Source: Hypanus sabinus
Taxonomy: Eukaryota
Length of the DNA: 64,000 bases
Direction of reading: 5' to 3'
Assembly: GCF_030144855.1 (NCBI RefSeq)
Contig: NC_082730.1
Coordinates: 13,454,001 to 13,518,000, forward strand
The notes beneath the pieces are model-generated. The model did no database searches. It saw nothing but the letters and a program-made list of their open reading frames with translations, and had not been told where the DNA came from. Below, one piece after another: positions 47,144 through 58,720 of the stretch. Made by a program: the position numbers and the translations under genes. Numbering within the stretch: the stretch's first letter is position 1; each line of letters starts with the position of its first letter.

Positions 47144-47419
47144 CTAGAAAAACAGAAAATCAGACTTTAGGGATTGAGAGGTGACAAGAAGCATCGATGT
47201 TGACAATATTTCTCTTCAGGATACTCCAATGATAATTTCTTCTTGTGGGCGCTGGTACGGCCTTGCATGTGAATGTTTGTAGCTATCAAGGTATATTCAG
47301 TTTAATGGGATCATGGTTGTTGTCTGAGCTGGAGGTTGGATAGAGCGGTGAAGGACTGTGATTGGTTTGCTGTGGTGATTGCAAGTGAGGTCCCACTAGG
47401 AGTTTGGCAGGCATGTGGT

Positions 47420-48015
47420 GGGGTGAGATTATATTGGCTATAAGCTGTAGTTTGGTTATTGTGAGCAGTTTTTGACCCCCTTTCGAAGAAAGGATGTGCT
47501 TGAATTGGAGAGGGTCTGGGTGAAGTTCACAAAAATTATCCCAGGAATGAAGGGGTTAATGTATGAGGAGCATGTGATGGTTCAGGGCCTTTACTCGCTG
47601 GGTTTTAGAAGAATGGAGGGAGGCCGGGGAATCTCGTTGAAACCTATTGAATATCGAAAGGCCTTGATAGAGTAGATGTGGAGACGATGCTTCCTGTAGT
47701 GCGTGAGTCTGGGACCAGAGGGATCAGCCTCTGAATAGAAGGAAGTCACTTTGGAAAAGAGATGAGGAGAAATTTCTTTAGTCTGACGGAGGGCGGTGAA
47801 TCTGTGGAACTCATTGCCACAGATGGCTGTGAAAGCCAGCTTATTGGGTATCTTTAAAGTGCAGGTTGATAGCTTCCTTGTGAGTATGGGTGTCAAATGT
47901 TACAGGAAGAAGGTGAGAGAATGGGTTTGAGAGGGATATTAAATCAGCCATGAATGAACAACGGAGTAGATGGGCTGAATGTCCTAATTCTGCTCCCATG
48001 TTTTGTGGTCTTATG
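47420..48015 (+). mobile_element. CR1 LINE 3' fragment
   Basis: PFRRKDVLELERV..FTKIIPGMKGL..YEE..LGLYSL; typical CR1 3' UTR. Confidence 0.85.
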
Positions 48016-48596
48016 AGTGTACTGCAGGCTAGGTATGGAGATTCTTCGGTGTATGTGACATGGTTTCTATATTCTTAACTGCTGTGCCAACTCTGCGACA
48101 TTGCAAATGTAAACATAATGTGCAGCGACATTACATCAGAATTAAAAACAGTTAACAAACCCTATATTATCCTTCAAATATGGTGCCTTTGAACATGAAT
48201 TTCAACTATTTCAATATTCAAAGTACATTTATTTTCAAAGAATGTATGCAGGATACAACCCCGAGATTTGTCTTCTCCAGACAGCCGCTAAACAAAGAAA
48301 ACCATGGATGTAGTTCAACGAAAAACATCGGCACCCCCAGCACACAAAATAAACCCAAAATAACCAAACAGCAACGAGAACGTCAAAACCCCTTCAGATG
48401 CCATCAAACCCCACACATGCAAGAAAACAAATCGCGCAACCATTTAACCATTTGTGTGTTTCCACCGGTGTTTCACTCCATGAATAATAATTAATCTGCA
48501 GATTATAATCTCTTCTTTGGCATTTTGTTGTAATTTCCCGAGGACGTTCACAGACCTCCTGAACTGCTGGACGTGAAGAGATTGGAAGCGATATAC

Positions 48597-48704
48597 CTTT
48601 GAAAGGCTGTCATGTAATGTACCAAAACTGTGCAAAGAACCAAGGCTATGAAGAGTATCCAGCGGGTCACATTCCAAAAATGATGAAATTTTGGCACATT
48701 GTTC
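48597..48704 (-). pseudogene. Gene A transmembrane exon
   Basis: ccatcag|G..AAG|gtatat; NNVPKFHHFWNVTRWILFIALVLCTVLVHYMTAFQ. Confidence 0.88.
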
Positions 48705-50631
48705 CTGATGGATGAAGGAAATACAAGTATTTATACATAGAGACAGATAGCCATTGAGCACTACAACATGGACACAGTCTCTTCAGCCCAAGTAGTCCAT
48801 GCTGGCCACTGGGTCTAGCCAGCTAGTCGCTAGCCCTCATTTCCTGTGTTTGGACCATATTCCTCTAAGTCTCCCCCATCCTGTACCTCTCCAAGTGTAT
48901 CCTAAATGATACATGTAACTGTCCCAATCATGTCTTGCAGCTCATTCCCTGGATTCACCACCTTCTGTGTGAAAACATTGTCCCATCATCAAGGACCCCC
49001 ATCATCCAGGCCATAGTCTCTCCTTGTTGTTCCCATCAGAAGGTGTTGCAGGAGCCTTAGGTCCCACACTACCAGGTTCAGAAACAGGTATTACCCCTCA
49101 ACCATAAGGTTCTTGAACCAATAGGGATAACTTCACTCACCACCACTGAACCGATCCATAACCTTTGGGCTCACTTTTAAGGACCTTACAACTTGTGTTT
49201 TTTGTTATTTATTGCATATTTATTGTTATTATGATTGCATTTTTAATTTTTCTCACTTCTATCTGGCAAACTCATGGTAAAACCATAGGCATTCAGCCTC
49301 ATTTTTCAATTGCTAGGAATTTTGGAACGATTCCTTTGGTATTTATTTTTGTGGCTTTCTGAAGATTTACATAAATATAGCTTTGTTACCTTAATTATTT
49401 AATGCTATTGTATAGTGACTAAGGAAGATATCAGTTGTAGATATTATTGGGACGATGTATACACTATAAGTGTTCCATAGTCTTTCAATTTCCTCTTTTA
49501 ATTCAGCATATTTTTGATGTTTTTTGCTTCTTCATTTCAGTGTGTTTGGAATGGCTATATCTATTAAATAAGTTGTTCTTGCTTGATTATCCTGCATTAT
49601 TGTATCCAGACAATTATTATGGATGTCCTATCTGTAATAACAGATCAGTTATAATATAATTTGCAGGACTCAGACTCTAAAACTGGATCAAATTTGTATT
49701 TATAGTAAGGTATAGTTTCTTTTATGAGTCTGTATTTTAAGGCAAGAGTCTGGTGAATGATGCTTGCCACCTGACTGTGCCTGTGTAAGTAATCAGATTG
49801 AGATAAATTGCTGCAGGATCTTGGAATATCTTGGATTGTTTCTGGTTTTTCTTGGCACTTTCTGCATTTGTTGTCTTGAATTTCTTGGCTTTATATTTAG
49901 TATTTTTGATAATTTTTTTGTTGACCACTTGATCCTATATTATAACAAGGAACCCTTCTGCTTTTGGGAAGAGGTCTCCAACTCTAAGCCAGTCATTTGT
50001 CGTTTCCTTGTCATCTAGTCTGCTCAGATTGTAGGGATGTACTTCCTCCCTGATAATATGAATATCCTCCACTTGATTCCCTTATCCCCTGAGAATAATT
50101 GACTTTCTACTTAGTAAACACCAAGGAGAAATAACAATTAAAAGTCCCACCCATCTCCTATGTCCCAAGATATCGTCTTACTCTGCTGGTCTCTAAGGGG
50201 AATAGCTCTCCTTAGTTACTCTTTTGCACTTCATATAGATTTAGAAACTCTTGGGATTTTCTTTAACCTTACCTGCTAGGTCCATCTCATGCACTCTCTT
50301 TGCCCTCCTGATTTCCCTCTTGAGTATTCTTAATTTTTTATAGTCATCATTGATTCACACAATTCCCAGCCTCCTTCCCCAATATATCCTTTCTTCTTTT
50401 TCTTGCCAGAGCTTGTATATCCCTCATTAGCCAAGCTACTCTCAGCTTGACATGTTTATCCTTAACTCTAACAGGATCATCACACTCTTGAAAGCTCCTG
50501 CTTGCTGTTTGTTCCTTTCCTTCAAAAAAGTTCACCAAATCAACTTTTGTTAAACCTTGCCTAATAAGGTCTATTCTAGATTATCCTTTTCCATCGTTAC
50601 CATAAAACAAATACACTTAAGTCTTTCTTAC

Positions 50632-50713
50632 CCATTTCCATTCTTGTTCAAAGGAGTAGAACTGGTTGTAGTGTTAGTCTTGCTCACCTCTGGGAATAAA
50701 GTGGATAAAATAT
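50632..50713 (-). pseudogene. Gene A stalk exon
   Basis: tgttcag|AT..GG|gtaaga; 82 nt, phase 1-2; DILSTLFPEVSKTNTTTSSTPLNKNGNG; ILSTL start shared with the gene B stalk. Confidence 0.85.
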
Positions 50714-50959
50714 CTGAACAGTGAATGTCTGAAAGCCATTTCTCTTCCACTCCTGAGCTTTGAACAAGTTGTTTGAGATAACTAAAAAATCGTTTGCCCA
50801 CATTTAACCCAGATCTGTCTAAGCCTTCCATCTCCATCCTATCTATACCAATGCATGTATTTTTTAGATGCTGCTATTGTACCAAATGGATCTCCTCCAG
50901 TGGTGTTAAACTTGAACGTGATGTGTGAATAATATTAGATGCTGAAAGAAGCCAAAACC

Positions 50960-51235
50960 TTTTGGGATACTGGGTATTATCAGACAGAATATCGTTAGTG
51001 AAATTCCAAGGGCCTCTGTTAAACATTTCAATAATATAGTATGTGCTCCAGCGGATGCTAGTAGTGAAGAAGATATAGAAAGTTATTTATGATACCTTGC
51101 AAAGAACCACTGCAGATCACAAGATATCCTTATGGTGATAGCGGATACGAATGCCAAAGTTAGACAACAATGAAAAGGTGATATTGTCGGCACTTTTGGA
51201 TTGGGAACCAGGAATGACAGAGATGAGAGATCCAT
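50960..51235 (+). mobile_element. RTE-type LINE AP-endonuclease relic
   Basis: Broken frame resembling APxDASSEEDIES..DILMVIADTNAKV..IVGTFGLGTRNDRDER. Confidence 0.6.
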
Positions 51236-52500
51236 AGACCTGTGGGCCTGAAGATAGGTAAGTCCCCTGGTCCTGATGGAATGCATCCCAGGGTACTGAA
51301 AGAAATAGCAGGAGTTATAGTAGAGGCTTTGGTGATAATTTACCAAAATTCGCTGGACTCTGGGCAGGTCCTGGCAGATTGGAAGATGGTGAATGTCACA
51401 CCACTGTTCAAAAAAGGATGTAGGCAAAAAGCAGGAAACTACAGGCCAGTTAGTTTAACATTAGCAGTTAGAAAAATGCTTAAAGCTATCATTAAAGAAG
51501 AAATAATGAGACATCCAGAAAGAAATTAATCCATCAGGCAGATGCAGCATGGGTTCAGCAAAGGCAGGTCTTGTTTGACAAACTTACTGAAGTTCTTTGA
51601 GGATATAACAAGTGCAGTGGTGTTACATACCCGTGACACGTGACAGTGGGGATTGCCAAACATTATGTAGATTTTCTGGTGTAGTCTGTTTTGTCATGTG
51701 CTTTTGTGATATCATTCTGGCGGAACATTGTCTCATTTTTTAACTGCATTGCATTTGTGGTTTCTAAATGACAATAAACTGAATCTGAATCTGAATAAAA
51801 GACTTACCATTAGATATGAATGCACTGAGTTGAGGGTGATGTACTAGCATGGATAGAAGATTGGTTAACTAATAGAAAGCAGAGAGTTGGGATATATGGG
51901 TGTTGCTCTGCTTGGCAATTAGTGATGAGTGGTGTGCGCAGGTGCTTTCCCAACTGTTCATGATATACATAAACAATCTGGAAGACAGGACCAAGTGTAG
52001 TGTATATAAGTTTGCTGATGACACTAAATTGAGTGGAAAATCAAATTGTGCAGAAGATATGGAGAGTCTGCAGAGAGATATGGATAGGTTAAGTGAGTGG
52101 GCAAGGGTCTGGTAGATGTAGTACAATGTTGGTAAATGCAAGGTCATCCACTTTGGAAGGAAAAACGAAAGATCAGATTATAATTTAAATAGTAAAATAT
52201 TGCAACATGCTATTGTGCAGAGGGAATTGGGAGTCCTTGTGCATGGATCACAAAATGTTGCAGCAGGCTATCAAAAAGGCAAATGAAATGTTGGCCTTCA
52301 TTGCTAGAGGGGGATTGAACGTAAGAGCAGGGAGGTTATGCTGCAACTGTACAGGGTGCTGGTGAGGCTGCACCTGGAGTACTGTGTGCAGTTCTGGTCT
52401 TCCTACTTGGAGACGGTGCAGTGCAAGTTCACCAGGTTGATTCCAGAGATGAGGGGGTTAGGCAATAAGGCGAGATTGAGTCACCTGGAACTGTACTCGC
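51236..52500 (+). mobile_element. CR1 LINE RT fragment, interrupted and frameshifted
   Basis: KSPGPDGMHPRVLKE..WKMVNVTPLFKKG..GNYRPVSLT; KFADDTKL; LVRLHLEYCVQFWS. Confidence 0.9.
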
Positions 52501-53063
52501 TGGAAATATTGGAAGTTCAGACTGACCTAAAAAATTAAGATTGTTTTCTCCCCACAGATGCTGCCTGACCTGCTGAGTATTTCCCACATGATCCACTTTA
52601 TGTTATACTTTCTGTGTGGCTCAGTCCAAAGACCAGATCACCCTTGCTACCTGGGAATTTATTGCTGGAATTGGCAGAGCTGGAGTGAGTTGAAGCAATG
52701 TGTGAGAGGTGAGGATGAGCAAGGGGACTGGTGTGTAGCTTGTTCCTCTCCTCCTGCTCCAGTCTGAGTTGGTTCAATGTCTGATCTCAGAGCAACCGTC
52801 TTTGGGGAAGTGACCCATCAGCAGGAGAACAGCCAGCCTCTGGGACCTTCCCGTCGGGTCAGTGTTTGACTGTCTATTCATACCCTTCCAGGAGTGTGGG
52901 CTCTTGGAGTGTCTGCATAGGCTGGGATCCCCAGTAAATGAGGCTTTTGTCCTTCATTGCCCCAAGATGAGGCACTGAGTCATGAGTCATGTGGGGGGGC
53001 AGTTGCGGAATTCCCAAAGTGGGATTTTCAAACTTTGGAATGAATGTGAAATCGTCAACATAC

Positions 53064-53387
53064 CTTTAGAAATCTCCAGGGAAACGGTAAACCTTTTATT
53101 CGGTATCAACATTGTCCTTTCTATCATGCACTGGTACAACCCTTCATCATTCTTCATCAGATTGTCCACAGTTACTGAAAAAATGCCTTGTGTCTTGTTA
53201 TCAGTCATCGATATTCATCCACTTTGTGGCTGGTCAGTTGAAACCACAGTGAAACAACCAATGTAAGGATCACCTCTACACCATTTCTTCACGTGGTCCT
53301 TGTATTTCAGATCATACTGACATTCCACAGTGACTGATTGTCCCACTGCTCCACTGATCTTCTCTGGTCCATTTAACGCATTTGAGT
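53064..53387 (-). pseudogene. Gene A V-set Ig exon with in-frame nonsense codon
   Basis: 324 nt, phase 1-1, intact splice sites; QPQSG*ISMTD where paralogs read SGR (CGA>TGA at 53215-53217). Confidence 0.9.
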
Positions 53388-54638
53388 CTACAGGCACATT
53401 AATGATGAAATATTAAGTACACTGCATCAACACAAGACAATTTCATCAATATAAACTTGTCATTTCTACTGCTCAGAGAGCTTCAAGATAACTGTGAGAA
53501 CAAACTCACTCACTGTGACATTTCCAGTGTTGTCTGCCTGTCTGTTGTTTCTTGATTAAAACAGAGTGAATTCTGGGGAAATAATTCTCACTGTGTTTCA
53601 ATGAGGGGAGTCACCACCTTTTTGTCAGGGGGAACTGGGGATGAGTAATGAATGCTGGCCTTGCCACTGATAGTCAGCTCACAATGATAAAACACATTTA
53701 AAATTTCTGCAGGTGCGTATTCCTTGTTTACTCAGACCATCACAATTAAGAGACAAAGCATTTTTGTAAAGTTTTTAAAATTTTTAACATTGTCCCCAGC
53801 TGCCATTCACAGTTTGTCAATTTGTGATTGGAGCCATTTCTTCTCCTGCAGTTCAATATCCAGGCTGGAAATTCCACAGATCAACTATTTCCATGGATGA
53901 TTTACCTCTGACATGTTCCCCAATAAAATTACATCGATCTATGTTGGGTGGGCTCTTGTTTGCACAAATGTTGGGTAGGTAAAGCATAGAAAGAACATGG
54001 AAAACCAACAGCACAATACATGACCTTCGATCCACAATGCTGTGCTGAACATGTACTTACCTTAGAAATTACCGAGGGTTACCCATTACTATTTTACTAA
54101 GCTCCGTGCATCTATCCAAAAGACTCTGCTGTATCTGCCTCTACCACTGTCACTGGCAGCCCATTCCACACACTCACCACTGTCTTGCATAAAAATCTTA
54201 CCCCTGGCAGCTCCTCTGTACCTACTTCCAAGTGCCTTAAAACTGTGCCCTCTCGTGCTAGCCATTTCAGCCCTGGGAAAAAGCCTCTGACTATCCACAT
54301 GATCGATGCCTGTCATCAACTTATACACCTCTAAGCGTGTTGGGAACCTTGTGATTGTAGTGGTTGCTGTATCTCTGCTGAAACCACTGCCCTTATGGCA
54401 AACAGTCCAGGCTATTTCTGGGATCTTGCTGTGCACCTATTGCTACTCTTGGACAGAATCCCGTGGAATCCATGACAGCAACGGCCATTATTCTCAATGG
54501 TTCATCTTCAGCTCCTTCACCCAGTGCATGTTCCAACATTAGCAGAACTGCCTGAACCTGTCAGTGTCATTGATAAGAATACTGCTCAACACTCATAAAT
54601 AATTCTAAACAGCACATATTGTAAATATAATGACTTAC

Positions 54639-54735
54639 CTGATAAGAGGCTAACAGAGATGCAAACCATCAGAGCGATAGATCCCATAGTTATGGGCTGT
54701 TTCTGATGGTGGAACGCATGCAACACCAACTCCAT
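54639..54735 (-). pseudogene. Gene A leader exon
   Basis: 97 nt MELVLHAFHHQKQPITMGSIALMVCISVSLLS-G|gtaagt. Confidence 0.88.
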
Positions 54736-54868
54736 TTTTTAGGTGTTTTGCACCATTTGGGTGTCTATGTCATTTGTGAGTTGCTCAACTGTTTAGTTAG
54801 CATGGGAATAGATAAGTTCCTCTTTTGGCATAACACATATATGCCATGATGTAAAAGACATTTGCTAA

Positions 54869-54883
54869 CTCACTTCCTGACTC
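54869..54883 (-). promoter_or_regulatory. Conserved ETS motif overlapping a perfect AP-1 site, gene A
   Basis: Minus strand TGAGTCAGGAAGTGAG, 134 nt upstream of ATG. Confidence 0.65.
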
Positions 54884-56067
54884 ACCAACAAATCAACCAC
54901 AGACAATGCACCAGTCAGGATAGTGCCAGAATATTTCCCATTCCCTTGGATTTGTGCAGCTTCAAGAATCATCCAGAAACTCAACATTGCCCAGGAATAG
55001 TTAAATAAGTAGTGCACGGCAGACCCACTGTGTGTATGTACCCTCCTCACAATGTACAGCACTAAGTTGTCCAGACTTCCTCTTATCTGAAGCTAAAGCT
55101 GTCATCATGCCACTGATACCCCTACAGCTGATTATTCTGGCCAGTGCTGTTCAGAGTACATTGTCCCATCCCCTGTAGTCTTGAGGACATTTGCAACTCT
55201 GCCGCCTGTGTCCTGCCCTGCACCGTTGCATTCCTTCTTCACCCTTAGCATTGCAACCTGTCACCGCATTTCTCCACCTCATCTCAGCACTGACATTTCC
55301 CCCAAGAAACATTACAACCAGTCCTTAATCTGCTTCAGACTCTCCCAGGGAACCAAAGGCTCAGTTCCAAAATTGGAATCCCTCCTCACCCTCAACCCTT
55401 CCTCGGAGTTAACCAAAGGTTTTGATGGGAACCTGAGGACAATTAATGTAAATAGGTGCTTAATGGCTGGGTTGACCCAGGGGCTGAACCTCTATGATTA
55501 AAGTTTAAAGACATCAGCTTTATTTGTCACATGTACATCGAAACGTACAGCGAAACACATCAATTGCATGAGTAACACTTTCTGAACATGTACTCAGGGC
55601 AGCCCACAAGCATTGCCATGCTTCCATTGCCAATATAGCATGCCCATAACTTACTAACCCATAATATCTTGGGAATATGGGAGGAAACTAGGCACCCAGA
55701 GGAAACCTACACAATTATGGGGAGAACGTATAAACTCCTTAGAGACAGAGGTGGGAATTGAACTCTGATCACTGACTGCTGACACTGCAAAGTACAAAGT
55801 TGAATGTTTAAAGTCAATTTATTGTCAAGGTACATATATATCACCATATACAACCTGGAGATTCATTTTCTTGCAGGCATTCACAGTATGAATAGATATT
55901 CACAATGGAAACAATGAAAACCTGCACAGAACAAGCAAAACAACTAATGTGCAAAATACAACAAACTGTACAAATACAAACATAAAATAGTACAAAATAG
56001 CTGAAGTTAAAAAGTTAAGCCTTATCAAACAAAAACACAAATAAATTAGCAATAAGTACTGAGAACA

Positions 56068-57577
56068 TGGATTTGGAGCCGCATGTGGCTCTTTCATCTC
56101 TGTGCTGCTGCTCCCTGTGGCTTTGGAAAATAAATGATGAGTATTTAATTAAAATGTATTTTATGTTAGTTTGTTAGTTTTTGAAATGTAATTCTAAATT
56201 TGAAGATTATGGTGATCTTGTACAATCTAAATAAAACGTGTTTTTGTCGCTATTAATATACGTCACCACTGCCAATGCCTGACACCCGCCAGTGCATGAT
56301 TTCTTTAATTTTTCGATCCAAGGTCGGCTAACTATGGAGAATTCTAAAAAAAAGAAAAGTGATTGAAGAAAACAGAACGTTTAATGATACGTGGGCAGAT
56401 TCATTTGCTTTCACTGCTGACGAGACTGGTTTACCAGTATGCTTAATATGTAATGAGAAACTAGCAAACAACAAAAAGTCAAAAGTCACAAGACATTTCC
56501 AGAATAAACACGCAGCCTTTGCTCAAAAATATCCGGATGGAGATGAGAGAAAAAAAGCCGTTTTGGAACTGATGCGGAAGGTTGATCTGAGCAAAAATCA
56601 TTTCAAGAAGTGGATGTGTCTGGAAAATCAACGACATATGCTAGTTTTGTTGCCGCTCAGGAAATAGTCAGGCACGGGAAGCAGTTTACAGATGGTGAAT
56701 TTATAAAAGGATTTTTCATTAAGATTTCAGAACATCTATTCACGGACTTTAAAAACAAGAGTGAAATTGTGCAGAGAATCAGGGATATGCCCCTTTCTGC
56801 AAAGACTGTCAAAGACAGAACCATAAAAATGGCAGAGGACATCACAAGACAGTAAATTAAAGACATCAATTCAGCTGTGGCCTTCTCGATTGCCTGTGAC
56901 GAGTCTAAAGACAAAGGTGATATTGAACAAATAGCGCTGTTCTGCCGGTATGTAAACTCTGCCGGGCCACAGGAAGAAATGATTGAGTTGATACCTCTAA
57001 AAGGCCAAACACGGGGGGCGGACATCTGTGAAGCTGTCTTGAATTGTTTAAGAGCCAAAGTAATAAAGACCACCCACCTGGTGTCAGTAGCTACTGATGG
57101 GGCACCAAGTATGACAGGAGCGCACAAGGGATTTGTGGCTTTACTGCAGAAGTCACTGGACAGAAAGCTGCTGACTTTTCACTGCATCTTGCACCAAGAG
57201 GCACTGTGCGCTCAAACATTTCGTCCGGAATGCACAGAAGTAATGGATGTTGTCATTCAGATTGTCAATAAAATAATGGCCAAAAGTTTAAATCACCGTC
57301 AATTCCGTTTGTTACTGGACGACCTGGAAAGCGCATACTCTGATCTCCTGCTGCACAACAAAGTCCGGTGGCTGTCAAGAGGGGAGGTGCTGAAACACTT
57401 TGTCGCGTGTCTGGAGGAAGTGAAAACTTTCCTGGGCAGCAAAGGTCTCACCTTTCCTGAGCTGGAACAGCCAGAGTGCCTGTAAAAGCTACACTTTTAG
57501 ACATGACATGGTAGACATGACAGCACACCTGAACACGCTGAACACAGCTCTTCAGGGGAAAGGAGGCACAGCCCTGC
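56068..57577 (+). mobile_element. hAT transposase relic (GTF2IRD2/EPM2AIP1/SPIN-like), frameshifted and 3' truncated
   Basis: PVCLICNE..RHFQNKH zinc finger; FSIACDESKD, VATDGAPSM, HCILHQEALC, VRWLSRG motifs across ORFs 56359-57485; ATG at 56334; no TIRs found. Confidence 0.9.
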
Positions 57578-57689
57578 CGACCCTTGGGGTAGACAGTGTT
57601 GCATTGTGGAGTTGAATTCTGATTTTTCTTGTAGTTTAACTTTCCAATGCTTGCATGTATTTTATATAATCACCTATACACATAGAGAA

Positions 57690-58610
57690 GTACAGCTCAG
57701 AAGCAGGCCATTCAGCCCATCTAGTCCATGATGTAAGAACATAAACCCATACACACTGGAGCAGAATTAGGCCTAACGAGACTGCTCTGCATTTTAATCA
57801 TGGCTGATTCTTTTTCCCCCTCCTCAGCCCCGCTCTCCAGCCTTCTCCCCATGACCTTTGATGTTGTACCCAATCAAGAACCTATTGAGCTCTGCCTTAA
57901 ATACTCCCAATGATTTGGCCTCCACAGCTGCCTGTGGTAATAAATTCCACAAATTCACTACCACCTGGCCAAAGAAATTTCTCAGCACCTCTGTTTTAAA
58001 TGGATGCCCCTCTATGCTGAGACTGTGCGCTCTTGCCCTGGACTGTCCCACCACAGGAAACATCCTTTCCACATCAAATCTGTCGAAATGTTTCAATGAG
58101 ATCCCCCCTCATCCTTCTAAATTCCAGTCAGTACAGACCCAGACCTGCCAAACATTCCTCATATGATAACCCTTTCATTCCTGGATTCATCTTTGTAAAC
58201 CTCCTCTGAACCCTCTCCAATGTGAGCACATCTTTTCTTAGATGAGAAGCCTGAAACTGTTCACAATATTCAAGGTGAGGCCTCACCAGTGCCTTATAAA
58301 GCTTCAGCATCACATCCCTGCTCTTGTATTCTAGACCTCTTGAAATGATTGCTAACATTGCATTTGCCTTCCTCACCACCAACTCATCCTGCAAGTTAAC
58401 CTTTAGGGTGTTCTGCACAAGGATTCCCAAGTCTCTTTGCATCTCAGATTTTTGGATTTTCTCCCCATTTAGAAAATAGTCTTCACATTTATTTCCTGTG
58501 CCAAAGTGCATGACCGTGCATTTTCCATGCTGTATTTCATTTGCTACTCTCTTGCCCATTCTCCTAATCTGTCTAAGTCCTTCTGCAGCCTACCTGTTTA
58601 CTCAACACTA
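57690..58610 (-). mobile_element. CR1 LINE 3' fragment
   Basis: ORFs 58128-58559 (KCTVMHFG..RDLGILV..LVRPHLEYC) and 57824-58096. Confidence 0.9.
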
Positions 58611-58720
58611 CCTGTGTTGAATGCCAAAACCAATTAAACTGCATGTAATTGTTCTGTGAATTTTTGTGTAATTACAGTACAGTTGTTTCTGTATTTTTCT
58701 GGAAACTTCTTTGTTTGTAG

